Shown: piece by piece, positions 1 to 20,500 of the stretch
How the letters are laid out: every line of letters begins with the position of its first letter
Numbering within the stretch: position 1 is the stretch's first letter
From: the human T2T-CHM13v2.0 reference genome, Homo sapiens
Length of the DNA stretch: 64,000 nucleotides
Assembly: GCF_009914755.1 (NCBI RefSeq)
Contig: NC_060946.1
Direction: 5' to 3' (one strand)
The notes under the pieces: model-generated
What the model saw: only the letters and a program-made list of their open reading frames with translations
Told to the model about the DNA's origin: nothing
The model's database searches: none
Program-made: the position numbers and the translations under genes

Positions 1-1193
<1,193 letters not shown>

Positions 1194-2598
1194 TAATTCT
1201 TAAATATTTGGTAGACTTCTTCACCAAAGCCTTCTGAGCCCTGAGTTTTCTGTTGTAAGATTTTAAACTATAGAATCAATTTCATTAATAGACTCCTCAG
1301 GTTTTTTTTATGAGTGAGTTTTGGTATGTTTGTATTTCAAGGCTTTGTTTATTTTGTCTAAGTTGTCAAGTTTGTGAGCAAAAAGTTGCTCATGATATTT
1401 CCTTGTTGTTCTTTGTCTGTGAGATCTGTAGTGATTTCCCCTCTTTCATTGCTGATATTAGTCATTTGTATCATTCTTTTTTCGTCCTCAATCTGGCTAG
1501 AGGTTTATAGATTTTATTGATATTTTCAAGGAATTGGATTTTTGTTTTATTATTTTTATATACTGTTTTTCTTATACATTCTTTTAAAACACATATACTA
1601 TAGATACCCTATGAAAAGTAAATAGAATTATAGTATACATACTGTTTTGCTCCTTGATCTTTTTCACTGACTATGTCTTAAAGGTTTTTTCCATATTAGT
1701 ACACAGAGTTCCATTAGATTCCCTAACAGCTATATAATATTCTGTTATATTCATGTTTCATAGTTTAAATAACCAGTCTCTTTTTGAAGGGCATTTAGGG
1801 CGTTTCCAGATGTTTTGCTATTGCAAATAGTGCTTTTAGGATGTTTCATTCTAAAAAGCATCCTAAAAGCTATTGCAAACAGTGCTGAATGTTTCCATCC
1901 CAAAAACTGTCCTAAAAGCTATTGCAAACAGTTTTGAAATGTACATTTATATATATCAATATTTGGTCATATGTATATCTGTATGTCTGTAGGATAAATG
2001 ACTAGAACTGGATCAGTAAATGGTTGTCCTTTTTTTCCTTTTTAAATCAACCTTATTATTATTGAATTTAAATGCAACAAAATGAACTGATTTTAACTGT
2101 TCTTTGAGTTTTGACATGTATACACCTGTGTAGCTGCCACCCTAAAAAAGATATAGAACATTTTAATCATCCCCAAAAGTTTTCTCATACCTCTTTGCAG
2201 TCAATATCCCCCAACATCTTGCTTTAGATAGCAACTGATCTTTATGCACTATAGTTTTACTTGTTCTAGAATTCCATTGTATGAAATCAAACAATAGGAC
2301 GTGTGCCCTCTTTCATTCAGTATCATGCTTTTGAGGTTCATCCATGTTATGTGAATATGTAGTTTGTTCGTTTTTATTGCTAACTCGTTTTCCATAGTGT
2401 GAATATACCACAATTTTTCATCTGTTAATGGATGTTTGAATAGTTTCAGTTTGGGGCTGCTATGAGCCATAAAACTGCTGTTAACATTTAAAATGCATGT
2501 ATTTTCATGGACATATGTTTTTATTTCTCTTAGGTATATCTAGAAGTGGAATTATAGGTCATATCATAAGTGTATATTTATCCTTATAAGAAATTGCC

Positions 2599-2905
2599 AG
2601 CTGGGTGCAGTGGCTCATGCCTGTAATCCTAGCACTTTGGGAGGCCAAGGCAGGGGGATCACCTGAGGCCAAAACTTTGAGACCAGCCTGGCCAACATAA
2701 CAGTACCCCATCTCTACAAAAAAATTTAAAAATTAGCCAGGCATGATGGTGCACGCCTGTAGTCCTAGCTGCTCAGGAGGCTGAGGTGGGAGGATTGCTT
2801 GAGCCCAAGGAGATTAAGAGTGTAGTGAGCTATGATCATGCCACTGCACTTCAGCCTGGGCAACAGAGTGAGACCCTATCTCAAAAAAAGAAAAGAAAAG
2901 AAAGA
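2599..2905 (+). mobile_element. Alu (AluJ-like)
   Basis: Dimeric Alu, ggaggattgcttgagccc J-type motif, A-rich tail. Confidence 0.88.
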
Positions 2906-3594
2906 ATTTAAAGAAAAGACAAAATAAACTGCTACACTTTGTTTTCCAAAGTGATTATACCATTTTACATCCCCACCAGCAAGGTATGAGAATTCAGTTG
3001 TCCCGCATCCTGCCAACCTGGAATTGTTGGTCTTTTTAAGTTCACTTCTTCCTGTAGGCATGTAATGGTATCTCATTACGGTTTTAATTTATATTTCTCT
3101 AGTTACTAATGATATTGAGCATCTCTTCATGTTCTTATTAGCCATTTGTATGTCTTCTTTTATAAAACACCTTTTCAAATCTTTTGCTTATGGGAGGGTG
3201 ATGTTTGCCTTATTATGCATTTGTAGAGTTCTTTACATATTGTGAATACAAGTTGTCACGAACATATATTGGGAAAAACTTCTCCTGTGGTTTACCTTTT
3301 CATTTTTTAATGGTATCTTTCTGAGATCACATGATTTTAATTTTGATGAAAACTACTTATCAGATGTTTCTATTATGATTAGTCCTTTTTGTGTTCTAAG
3401 AAATTTTTGCCTACCTAAAGATAGTGCTATGTTTTCTTCTAGATGTTTTATAGTTTTAACCTTTACATCTAGGTTTATGTTCCATTTTGAATTAGTTTTT
3501 GTGTATGGGGTGACATAGTTGTCAAGGTTACTTTTTGCCATATGTATATTTAGTTGTTCAAGTACTATTTTTTTTAAATGAAGCTTCTCCTTCA

Positions 3595-3938
<344 letters not shown>

Positions 3939-4127
3939 TTCAGTTGATCACATATGTGCATGTCTATTTCTGAACTCTGCTATGTTCCATTATAAGTCCA
4001 TACTTACGCCAATACTACACTGCCTTGATTATTTTAGTTGTATAGTAAATCATGTTAGTAGGTAATTTAAGTCCTCCAGCTTTGTTCTTGTTTTCCAAAA
4101 CTGTTTTGGCTATTCTTCATCCTTTGA

Positions 4128-4970
<843 letters not shown>

Positions 4971-7362
4971 TAAATGGTATTATTTTTAAATGTCATTTTC
5001 CAGTTGTTCATTGCTAGTATTTCAGAAAAATGATTGTTATATATTGACCTTTTATTCCACAGTCTTTCTAAATTCACATTTTAGTTCATGTGGCTTTTCT
5101 TTAGATTCTTTAGGGCTTTCTAACACAATGTGATCATGTTATCTGTAAGTAAAACCTTTTTCATTTCTTCCTTTCTAACCCATATGCTTTTGGTTTCTTT
5201 TTCTTGCCTTATTGCACTGACTGGAACTTCTAATGTAATGTTGAGTAGAAGTGGTAATAGCAGACATGACTTATTATTTCTAATAATAAGTTTTAGGAAT
5301 TTTATTCCTAAACCAGGAAGTTTATTTCTGGTTTTAGGAATAAGGAAAATTTATTTTAGAGAAAAGAGTTCAACTTTTCATCATTAAGTATGATGATAAC
5401 TGTAAGATTTTTATAGATGCCTTTTATAATGGTGAGGAAGTTCCTCCTTCTTCCTAGTTTTCTGTTTTTATCCGGAAGGGTTATTGAATTTTCTTAAATG
5501 CTTTTTTAGTATTTCTGTTTCTTAAATAATTCTACAGCCAGAAACTTTTTCAGTATTTATTGAATTTACATTTTTCTTGATACCATTAATATGAGTTGTA
5601 TTTCAAACCTTAAACCTTGCACGCCTGAGATAAACCCCACTTGTCCATAATGTGTTATCCTTTTTTGCTGATTTCCATTTGCTAATATTTTGTCAAGGAA
5701 ATTTGCATCCATAGTCATAAGGGTTTAGGGGCTTGTAGTTTTTCTTGTGATGTCTTTCTGCTTTTGCTTTCAGTGTGATATTGGCCTCATAGGATGATTG
5801 TGAATTGTTTCTACCCCCTATTTTCTGAAAAACTTTGGGTAAGAAGTGTATTATTTCTTCCTTAAACATTTGGTAGAATTTGCCAGGGCCACCATTTGGA
5901 CCTGAGTTTTCTCTGAGGAAAAGATTTTTAAATTGAGTTTCTTTATAAAGGGCTTATCTGATTTTTATTTCTTGTGTCATTTTTGGTAATTGGTTCTTTC
6001 AAGGAAGTTTCCTTTTAATCAAAGGTGTTGAATTTATTGGTGTAACTTTTTTTGTAATATCCTTATAATATCCTTTAATGTCAACAGGATCAATAATAAT
6101 GTTCCTTCTTTCATTTCTATCATTGATAATTTGTATTTTTTTTTATTTCTTGACTGCCCTAGCTAGAGATTTATCAATTTTATTGATCTTTTCAAAGAAA
6201 AGCTTCTCAAAGCCTTTAGTTTAACTTTCTAAATTCTGTTTTTATTTTGTTTATTTCTGCTTTTATCTCTATTTTATTCTACTCACTTTGAATATAATTT
6301 ACTCCTCTTTTTCTAGCTTCTTAATGTAGAGGCTTGGATTATTAACTTTAAATCTTTCTTCTTTTCCAAAAATAATATATAAAGCTATGAATTTTCCTCC
6401 AGGCACTACCTTAGCTTCATTCCACACATTTCGATATGTTGTATTTTTTTATCTTTCATTTCAGAATGTTTTCTAATTTCCAGTTATTCAACCCATTGGC
6501 TATTGAAAAGTGTCTGGCTTAATTTCCATATATTCGGGGTTTTTTTCCAGATATATTTTTGTTATTGTTGTCTAATGTACTTCTTTCATATCCAGAGGAG
6601 ATACTCTTTATCGTTTAAAATTTGAGAGTTGGTTTATGGCCCAGCATACATTCTGTCTTGGTGAATGTTTCATGTATTGTTGAAAAGAATGTGTGTTCTG
6701 CCATCGTAGGATGTAGAGTTCTGTAAATGTCAATTAGGTCAATTCAGTTGATAAAGGAGACTTGAAGATTGATGTGTTCTAAATCCATACTAGTTTTATC
6801 TACTTCTATCAGCTGTATTGTATTATCGTATTGAAACCACTAACTATGTTAGATTTGTCTTTCTCCTCTTATTTCTGTTTTTGCTTCATGTACCTTTAAG
6901 CTCTGTCACGAGGCACGTGCACATCCAGGAGTTTGTGTTATCTTGATGAACTGACTCTTTCATCATAATGAAATTTCCATCTTTATCTCTGTCCAAAAGT
7001 TTGCTTTCTAAAGTTAAATCTCTTGTGAGTGCTGTTTGCATGGTGTTTCTTTTCCCAATCTTTTACTTTTACCCTATTTGTATCATTATATTTAAAGTGT
7101 ATTTCTTACAGAAAACATATGATTGGTTATTTTATCTATTTTTTAATATTTAAAGGAGTTTTATTCTTGTTAACATATAATGAATCTTCCTTTTTTTATC
7201 CAGCCTGATAAAGTCTCTGACTTTTAATTGAAGTGCTGAGACGATTTTAATATAACGTAATTATTAAATCTATTTTGCTGTTTTTTCTCATCTACTTTTC
7301 ACTTTTTTCCTCCATTCCTGTTGTTTTTAGTGTTAAATTTTTTTTCTTCTACTAGCTCATAA

Positions 7363-8246
<884 letters not shown>

Positions 8247-8390
8247 TAAAGTGAAAAAAAAAAAAAAAGCACCTTTTATATTTACTCACGTATTTATCTT
8301 TCTTCTTGCCTTTGTCTGGATTTGAGCTTTTATTTGGTATGCTTTTCTTTCAGCTTGAAGAACTTCCTTTAACATCTCTTATGGAGTAAG

Positions 8391-8756
8391 TGTACTTGTC
8401 TGTTCTCACGCTGCTAATAAAGACATACCCAAGACTGGATAATTTATAAAGGAAAGAGGTTTAGTTGACTCACAGTTCAGCATGGCTGGGGAGGCCTCAA
8501 GAAACTTACAGTCATGGTGGAAGGGGAAGCAAACATGTCCTTCTTCACATGGCAGCAGCAAGGAGAACAGAGCGAAGTTGGGTGAAAGCCAACTTATAAA
8601 ACCATCAGATCGCGTGGGAACTGTCACAAGAACAGTATGGGGGAAACTGCTTGCATGATTCAGTTATCTCTACCTGGCCCCTCCCACGACATGTGGGGAT
8701 TATGGGAACTACAATTCAGAATGAGATTTGGGTGGGGACACAGCCAAACCATATGA
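8391..8756 (-). mobile_element. THE1-family (ERVL-MaLR) solo LTR
   Basis: gctgctaataaagacatacccaagactgg ... gagatttgggtggggacacagccaaaccatat; degenerate 5-bp TSD gtaag/gtagg. Confidence 0.88.
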
Positions 8757-9951
8757 GTAGGTCAAGTGACAACAAATTCTCACAGGTTTTACTTGTCTGA
8801 AAATATCTTTTTCCCCTTCATTTTGGAAGGGGCTTCTAACAGGCTATATAGTTCTAGGCTTTTTTCTTTCAGCAGAGTGAAGATGCTGTTCCTTTGTCTT
8901 TTGGCTTACATGCCCTACTGCCCTGGCCCATTCCTTCTCAATCCCAGAGCCAAAGCTGCCCACCAGATGACTGTGGGCCGGCACCTTTGCCTCACAGAAC
9001 CTTAGCACCCTTGATGTTAAAGGGGGCCAGAAGGAGAGCCCACAGCACAGGCGTGTGGTTGCCCCAGGGGGACTGTCTTGCCAAATGCTTAATGAACGGT
9101 AAAGTGATTCTGTGCTGTCAGCAAGAATGGTAGCTGTTGCTGGTGCTGCACAGGTCTCTGTCTTCAAGACCTGCTCTAAGAAAAGGGGCCTTTTATTCCA
9201 AGGCCCCAAGGCCCTCTGGTCCTAAGCAGCCTTTGATATTCCTCAGCACAGCCCTTCAAAGCCTCATGGCCCCCACTACATGCTAATCAGAGCCTGTCTC
9301 TTCTAGCGCTAGTAGGCCTGGGGCAAGGACACCAGAAAGTTCGCAGCCACAGGGTGACCTATTTAAGAGGAGCCCCATCCAGGCCATTATTGAGTTAATC
9401 TGAAATAGGTCTTAGGTGGAAACTTGGCCCAAAGTTGTTGGACCTCTGCAGACTGGTTGTAATTCAAGCCTGCCTGACTGGGAGAGTTCAGATTTTGCCA
9501 GATCATTTTCAGCCATCGTCACAGACTGCATGGCATGTGCATTGTTGGGTATGTCCAGGTTTCTTCCTCATCCCTGCAGGCTATGTGAGGGGCCCCTGGG
9601 GAGTTGAGAGGAAGGTCCCAGCTAGGCTCTGGGGACCTGGCATTGGTTGGGCTTTGAGGAGCCTCCTGTGGGCTCAGGGATCAGCTGTTGAGTAGTGGGG
9701 TCCTGAGGACTGGGGTAGAAAAACCTGCTGGCATGGCCTGAGGTGGGCAGGTGGCCCCCACTCTAGCCCTGCTCTGAGATAAGGATCTTCTTTTCCTTCT
9801 TTGCCTCCTACCCCTATACCCCTTCACCCCTCCATCTCTCCATTTCTGCCCCTTTTCCCTCCCTTGGCTTCACTGTGGTCTTTACCTCTACCATGCCTCC
9901 ACACCAGAAGGTTCCTGAGTCAGAATGTTCTGCCCGAGCACCAGCTCTTAG

Positions 9952-10315
<364 letters not shown>

Positions 10316-11730
10316 TGAGGAACAATTATTCACCTTTAGGTTTTTGAAAAATACCATCACATCTTGGAATTTCTCATTTTCATTTCTTTTAGAAAATAAA
10401 AAAAAATTATGAATTTATAGTAAGAAATGTAACTGCCAAGAACCCAGAGAATGAAGCCTACTGGCCCCTTAGGAAGCAGCTGTCCTCCCCAGGTGGCTGA
10501 GCGGAGGTGGCCCAAGCAAGGGGCTGTCAGGCTGGGGGTGACATTCTGCATTTTCTCCCTCTCGAGGAAAGGGACTGGCTTAAGTCCCACCTCATTTGTC
10601 TTTGGCCACTCTCCTCTTAAGCAACTTCCTTCCTGAATGTGGACCTTTCTGGAGCCTCATTATTTTGAGATTGATTTTTCTCCTTTGCAAAAACTGCTTG
10701 GAGAGCTTTTCACCAAGGCATGCCTTGGAAGCTACCAGCCGACGGTAGTGACTGCAGCAGCCCCCCTGGCAGGGACCCTCTAAGCGATGGGGGTGACTGC
10801 CCCCACTCAGTCCAGCAGGCATGTGGGTGCAGGAGGTGGGATGAGGGAGGCAATGATGGGCCTGGAGGGCTAGTGCTTGTGTTAGCAGCTGGGGCCTTGT
10901 TTACAGAGAAATGTGGGCTTGTTCCCTGGGAGCTCCTCCTTTTACAGGAGCAAACACCGAGGCCCAGGGGAGGGCACCTGTGTGAAGTTACACAGCCGAC
11001 TGGTGGACAGATGGACGCTTTAAGCTGAGAACCCCATTCTCTGCAGCGCATTTGGGTGGGCCGGAAATAGTCGCGACCGATATGGGACAGGTTGGCCGAG
11101 GTTATCTTGGGGAGAATCACTGGAGATTGTTTCTTTGCTACTTTGTGCTTTGCTTTTCTCTACAGAGCATTTTTATTTTTCTACCTCGAACATGGGTCCA
11201 TTTTATAGCCAAGTAATAATGGCCAATGCTTGTAGCCTCCTCATTGCGGGCCAGCCACTGTGTTAAGCACTTTACAGGCATTAACCCATTTTGTAGATGA
11301 AGACTGAAGGTTAAGATGTTACGTAATGACTGTGCATGGGGTGGGAGATAAGGTGGGACTCCCAGGTCTGCTTGAGTCATGAAAGGGAAAGGCATCTCTT
11401 ACTCGGAGTAAACTAAGGAGGCCCCCTCATCCCCTATTCATTTAAGACACATGAATCTGCCTGTGTGGAGTAAGAGGTTTCCCCTCAGCAGGCACTGTGG
11501 GTCTCTTCCGTGCTCTCTGCAGAACTCGGCCAACCCAGCCTGTCAGTAAATGTCGCTGAAGGGCCTCCTGGAACACCTGCCCACTACACTGCAGACAGAA
11601 GAGGCGGGAGGGTGTCCGGAGAAAGTATGCCGGGGGAAAGAGAGGATCTTTGCAGGCACTGTGCAGCTAGGCCTCGCCAAGGGCGACCAATCATGGGGAG
11701 AATCACAAGATAATCAGGTTGTGATTCACT

Positions 11731-12058
<328 letters not shown>

Positions 12059-12208
12059 TCACTTTGTTTTTTATTCCTTTATTAGCTCAAGAGGCAGGGG
12101 CAGCAGAAAGAAAAACTCAAAACCTGGACTCTTCCTAACCCCACAGCACCCTAATCCTCTTCATGGCAAATACCTACACACTACCTTACAGTTTATAAAA
12201 CCCTTTCC

Positions 12209-12557
<349 letters not shown>

Positions 12558-15500
12558 TCATTCAATAGGTTCCCATTTAGTACCTCCCACGCACCCAGCT
12601 CCAGGCTGTGAGCGTCAACCAGGCAGATGCAGCCCCTACCCCTTCAGGTCCCCATGGTTCCTAGTGGCGGAACCCTTTCCCCGCCAGGGCCCTCTGTCTC
12701 AGCTTGCGCTCCAGCATTGATACCTAGAGGCAGCCGCGTGTGGAAAATGGTTTAGTATGATTACCGGGGCATCAGATGATTTCCAAGGAGAAGCCGCGCT
12801 GGCTGTCTCCAGGCCAGGAAAGTGTCATCCCATCCCAGTAGTTTCCAGTGACCTGCTCAACAGTCCTGGCACCGTCCGAGATCAGTGGCTTCTCCAGTGT
12901 GGGTCACCAAATACTCACCTTAGAACAAAGTCCCTCTTGCTCTGGCCTTGAGACAGGTGTTTGCATTGTGTCAAAGGAAATGCTCACATAGGTGGGTCTC
13001 TTCCTTGTCCACTAAAGGATCCCCCTCACTGGTCAGGGATTGCTGACCCCACAACCATCAGCAGGGTGACCAGGTCTGCTGGTGCCTGGTGACTGGCTGG
13101 GAGAAGCTAGGCACCAGGCCGTGTGGCGAGCCCGTTGGTAGGGCCAGTGGTTTCAGGGGAGCTGTGCTAGGAGTTGGGCCAAGGGCAGCACCCTTCCACA
13201 TGCCAACGAGGGCTGAAAAAAGGGCCTTCCTCCACAGCCCAAAGAGCTGGTGCCATGGGAGGACATGGCCTATAACCAGGTGTAATATGGGGCAGCCGCT
13301 AACAAGGAACCAAATCGTAGAGACTGGGAAAAGCATGATGGGCCGGATGAAAAAGCAAAACACCAAACTGAATTTGTGTTATGTGGACAAAGGCTAGACT
13401 TCAATGTGGAACAAAGGAAAGTTTAATTTCCCGAGATGTCAGGACCCTGGGAGAGCTTTTTTCCTCTCCTTTGGTTACCCAGGAGGCAGCACGGAGCACT
13501 GGAGAGGGAGCCCTGGAGCCAGGATGCCTGGCCGCCGCCCCCGGCCCCTCTCTGCAGAGCTAGGAGGCAGCACCCAGGCCATGAGGGACAAATGTGGAGC
13601 AAGGGATGGAGCTGGAACTTGCTATTATGGGACGTTAAAGCTGGCAGGACCTGAGGTAGCATCTAACCCAGTGGTTCTTACCTTGTCTACAGCACTAAAG
13701 GCTCCTAGAGAATCTGTTTCACCATATTGATGCTTGAATCTTAAATTCAGCTGATTAGTTAAAAAAATAAAAAAAAATACCAATATCCTTCCTACCCCCA
13801 AGTTACCAGTCAGTCCCATCGCCCAGGATGCTTGAGCCTTCAGGCAGGAGTTTCTGATTGTATCTCGGAGCAGGCAGTGGGCAGGCAGATGGGTGGGTTG
13901 GGGTTTAGAGTGAGCCCTAGACAAGAGGAGGCTCTTGTCTAGAAACCAGCCAACTTGGGAGGCTAGGGCCTTGACAAGAAGCAGGTGGGTCCCTGGTCTT
14001 AACCACAGGGGATCAGAGGAGGAAGAGGGAGCCTGAGTGCTTCAGCTGAGCCCCTTCCATGCTGTCAAACAGGGCTCAGGGGAGAAGCTGAGCATCTTGC
14101 CAGGCTCACTTCGCGCCGGAGGAGGGGGCTGCAGCCCCATGGGCAGATTCCTGGGCCCAGCTGGCATGGGGTCTGTCCTTCATGCATCTGCCAGGCTGGG
14201 CTCGAGAACAGCCCTGTGGAAGTCCTGGCCTGGGCAGCCACCCCTCTACCTTGGGGTGAAACTCAAACCTACACAGGGTGAGTGAGTAAGCCCACCACAG
14301 AGCTGGATCTAGGGCAGGCACCCTCATTCCTTTGAGGCAACCCTGTGGGAACCCTGGTAGGGTGGAGGCTGTGGGTAGGCTGGGTGCTCTGCCGGCTGGA
14401 GGAAGCTGTGGGCAGCAGGCCATCTTTAGCATCATGGCGGTTGCCAGAATTGGAGCAGGCACCACTATTTTGTGCTCCATTTCTGTGCCTGTGTGACTTT
14501 CCTGAAGTGGGCCTGGCTGCCCGGTGCTGTCCATCATCCCCAGGACAGCCGAGCGAAGTATGCAGCTCTAGGTCACAGCCCTCTTCTGAGTGAGGAGGCG
14601 CCCTAGCTTGTCTCATGTGCCTCTATTGTTCACCCCTCGTTTTGGTTCATGACTTTGACCATGTGCCCTGGTTCCCCCAGTGAAAGGGAAGGAGGGGAGT
14701 TTCTTTGTCCTCTGGGATTTGTGCTTGTCGATCTCTCTAGCCGGCCCGGGGGTATTGGGAAGTGATTTCCCCTGAGAAGTCATAAGACTCAGCCCCACAG
14801 AGACCAGCCTACAGATTGATGTTTATTGATGGAGTTTCTGCCACAGCAGCTCCAGTGAAATGGAAGCAAAGCCTGATATTTATATGGCGGGCCTGGGTGC
14901 CCCATCCCACAGGCCCCACCCTGGCCTTGGTAATAGGTGTCCCTGGTAGGGCGGAAGCCCTGCACCCCTCGCCTGGAGAAGTTGTCAGAGAGCCCAGATG
15001 TGGTCTCCTCAGCTTCCTGCAATGCCCCAGGCACACTTAGCACTCGCTGCAGCAGGAGATGAGGAGAGAGGGGCCTACGGAGAGGCCCCGAGAACTGAGA
15101 TGACACTGGCGCTCTGGCTTGGGTTTTCCATCTGCCTGCCAGAGTTTCGTGATTTATTATTTATTATTATCTGATTTTCCATCAGATTAGATCCTGACGT
15201 GCCTTCCAGCGTCCTCAGGTTGAACGTCTCGGAGTCTTCAGCCGCCTGCCTCTTGTAGAGGAGTGGCGTCACTTGTCTGGTTACCCAGGGGTCTTTATTT
15301 TTAATGATCCCTTTTGTGGCAGAACCCCCACAGGGCCCACTTTGGGTAAGGCAGATCTGTTATCTTTCTGGGTTCCCCAATCAGGAAGGACTGGCTGTGC
15401 CTCAGGGGCGCTGCTCCTGCTCCCAGGGGCCCTCGCCGCTTCTATCTCCCACTTGCAGCTTCAGGGGGGCTCAGGGTCCGAGCGCTGGCCCGTTCCACCT

Positions 15501-15928
15501 CTGTCCTGGGGCTCCTGCCCCTTCCTCTCCCTGGAGCGGCATCCTCCTCCCGTGCCACCTGCCACTAAGTCACCATCCTGCACCAGCTGTAAAGCTGCCA
15601 CCTCATCCCAAAAGCCTTCTCAGAGCCCTACCTGCAGCCTAAAGTCATCTCCCAACTCTCACCCAGTGGCTCCTGTGTGACCCCTCCTGTGTCTGGTCAG
15701 AGGCTCCCTGTTCTTTTGGAAGCTCGCAGAAGACCTCGCAGACTCTCCTTCTCCATTGCCTGAGTGGGCAGAGCGTTGGCAGCCCTAGCCTGGAGGGGCT
15801 GGGTCCTCCTCTAGTGCCACTCCAAGGCAGGGCTTCCGCTCCCCGCCTGCCCCCTCTAGGCCAGGTTGGAGGGCAGCAGCAGGGCAGGCTGGGCAGGGGG
15901 CCCACCTGGTCCCACAGCCCCTGGCCTA

Positions 15929-16629
<701 letters not shown>

Positions 16630-17531
16630 CTAACTCTTCATGCCACACCCTTTCCTCTTCTGGGGGTGACACTTGCAGAATACCATGTAACATGTGGAAA
16701 CCACCCAACAGCTGGAAGTGCAGAGGAGGCAGTCACCCAGCAACTGGGCTGTTCGTTCTCAAACACGGTGACGTTGCTTGATATCCCGCAGACTCCCACC
16801 CCAAGCCTTTCTCTCTGTTATCAGCATCTGGCCGATTGGATTTTGTGATCAGGCTCAGGCAGCTTAACAGCCCTCCCAAATCTAAATCAAAGTCACCAAA
16901 GCTGCTGTAATTGAATGTTGGAGGCGCCAACCACACGGGCTGGGAATGGCTGTTTTCTGGCGAGGGTGCAGTTTTCTGGCGAGGGTGCAGCGCCCCCGCA
17001 GTCCTCACTGGAAACCAATGACACCACTGCGCTGTTTCTCCTCAGAGCCCCCACGTGGGGGTGGAATGTCTTTTTGCATAGCCAGACTGTGACAAAATAG
17101 GATGCATGCCCTGCTTAAAGTCGGTAGTGCTCAAGATGCAATGAATGCTCTGCTCTGGGGGTCTGGAGCCTTGTGATGGGAGTCCCAGAGAGCAGTGACC
17201 GCTTGAGGACAAGGTCATGGGCTGGAAAGTTGCCAGGGCTCGGGGACTAGGCCTTGCCCATTCCCAGTCCTGCATATTTGAACTTCGCTCTGCAGAGAGG
17301 GGAGGGACAGCAGTGCCTGTCTCCATTAATCACACTGTGGGCCCGAGGGAGGTCCACTGGTCAGAGCGAATCCTGCTGGTGACTGACAGTTGGATATCAG
17401 CCTCCGACACAGCAGCCCCTATACTGCACTGATGCAGGCATGCCTGCTGTGGGGAGTGGGGAGCAGCGCGAGGCTTCTCTTTCTTTGCTCCCCTCAGGGC
17501 CCTGCCTGGTCTGTGGACATGCAGGAAATAA

Positions 17532-17852
<321 letters not shown>

Positions 17853-18945
17853 ATCACATTCTTTTAAATATTTGGATACCTCAAATGTGACTCCAGTTAG
17901 CCAGAGGCTGGTGAACGGGCCCAGTGCTGGGGAGCCCAAAGGAGGAAGCCTGAGGGCCCCAGGCACTGTACCATTGAAGTGACCCACAATGGGGCTCTGG
18001 CAGAGGAGGAAAGAAAGAAATCCCGCAATGCGTGTGTGCGGCGTGGCTCAGGAGTGGGAAAGTGCCCAAGGCAGCACGAAGGGTGCAGGGTCTCTGCATG
18101 CAGCACTGGGATGGGCTGAAGAACCAGGAAGGAGAAAGGATATGGGGCGTTGGTGGGTGCTGCTCCAGCCTTGCTGGGTATGGGCTGTCTGAATGTCCTT
18201 CCCCGCCCAGGACCCCGTGAGTGCGCAGCTCCCAGCATCCTCCCCCAGGCCCCTGCTCTTGCCACTCCCCAGCCCCAGGCCCCACCGGCCTGTCCCCTGC
18301 CAGGCCCATCTTAGCAGTACGTCCCCCAAAACTCATCCAGCCCAGCACTGGGTGTGGGTGCAGTGAGCGGGGTGAGTGCCATCCTTCCACCCTGCTTCAG
18401 GGCTGCTCTCCTCTCCAGTGACACACATGAGGGGACGGGTCCCTGCTGGACATCTATGCCTTAACCCTGGAGGAGCTCACGGGCAGTGAGGGCAAAGTTA
18501 GTTTCCCCGAAACAAGCAGCAAGTGGGGTGGCCGCAGGGCCTCTGCCCCCTAAGCACCACCGGGTCACCTTCCCCCAGTCCATAACCAGCCTATGCAGCC
18601 TTTCAGTTTCTTGGTTTCAAAAAGCTGCCCCCAACAGGGCTTCCCCAATGAGAAACTTGATCTGTTTTCCTCCAAAGATGAGAAAAAAGCTCCACTTCTA
18701 AAAATAGCCCACCTGGCTCCCCTACGCTAGATGATTCCATGGCAATCCACTCCTTCCTAGGAGCCTCCTGATGTTAGAGGGGTCCCAGCCCTGAGGGGGT
18801 GCCCTGTGGCCTCCTCAGCCAGAGCCACCTATTACAGGGGTCAAGGAGATCCCTGAGTGGGGAATGGGGTGTGGGGGCACAGTAAACAAACAGGGCCTCC
18901 CCTGGTTCCGAGCCTCTATGATTTGAAGTAAACTCAAGACAGTTA

Positions 18946-19523
<578 letters not shown>

Positions 19524-19700
19524 TCAGGAAGGCAAATGTGCCAGTCTTTGCAGGAAGGACAGAGGGACTTGTGAGGCCTCGGGAGTCTCAGTGACCCACT
19601 CGAGAGCATCCAGGGACGAGTCCCGGGCAGTAAATCAGACCGTAATGATCAGTGCGAGTGAGAATGTGGCACAGTGTGCAGCCCAGCCACAGCAAGTCAG

Positions 19701-20500
<800 letters not shown>

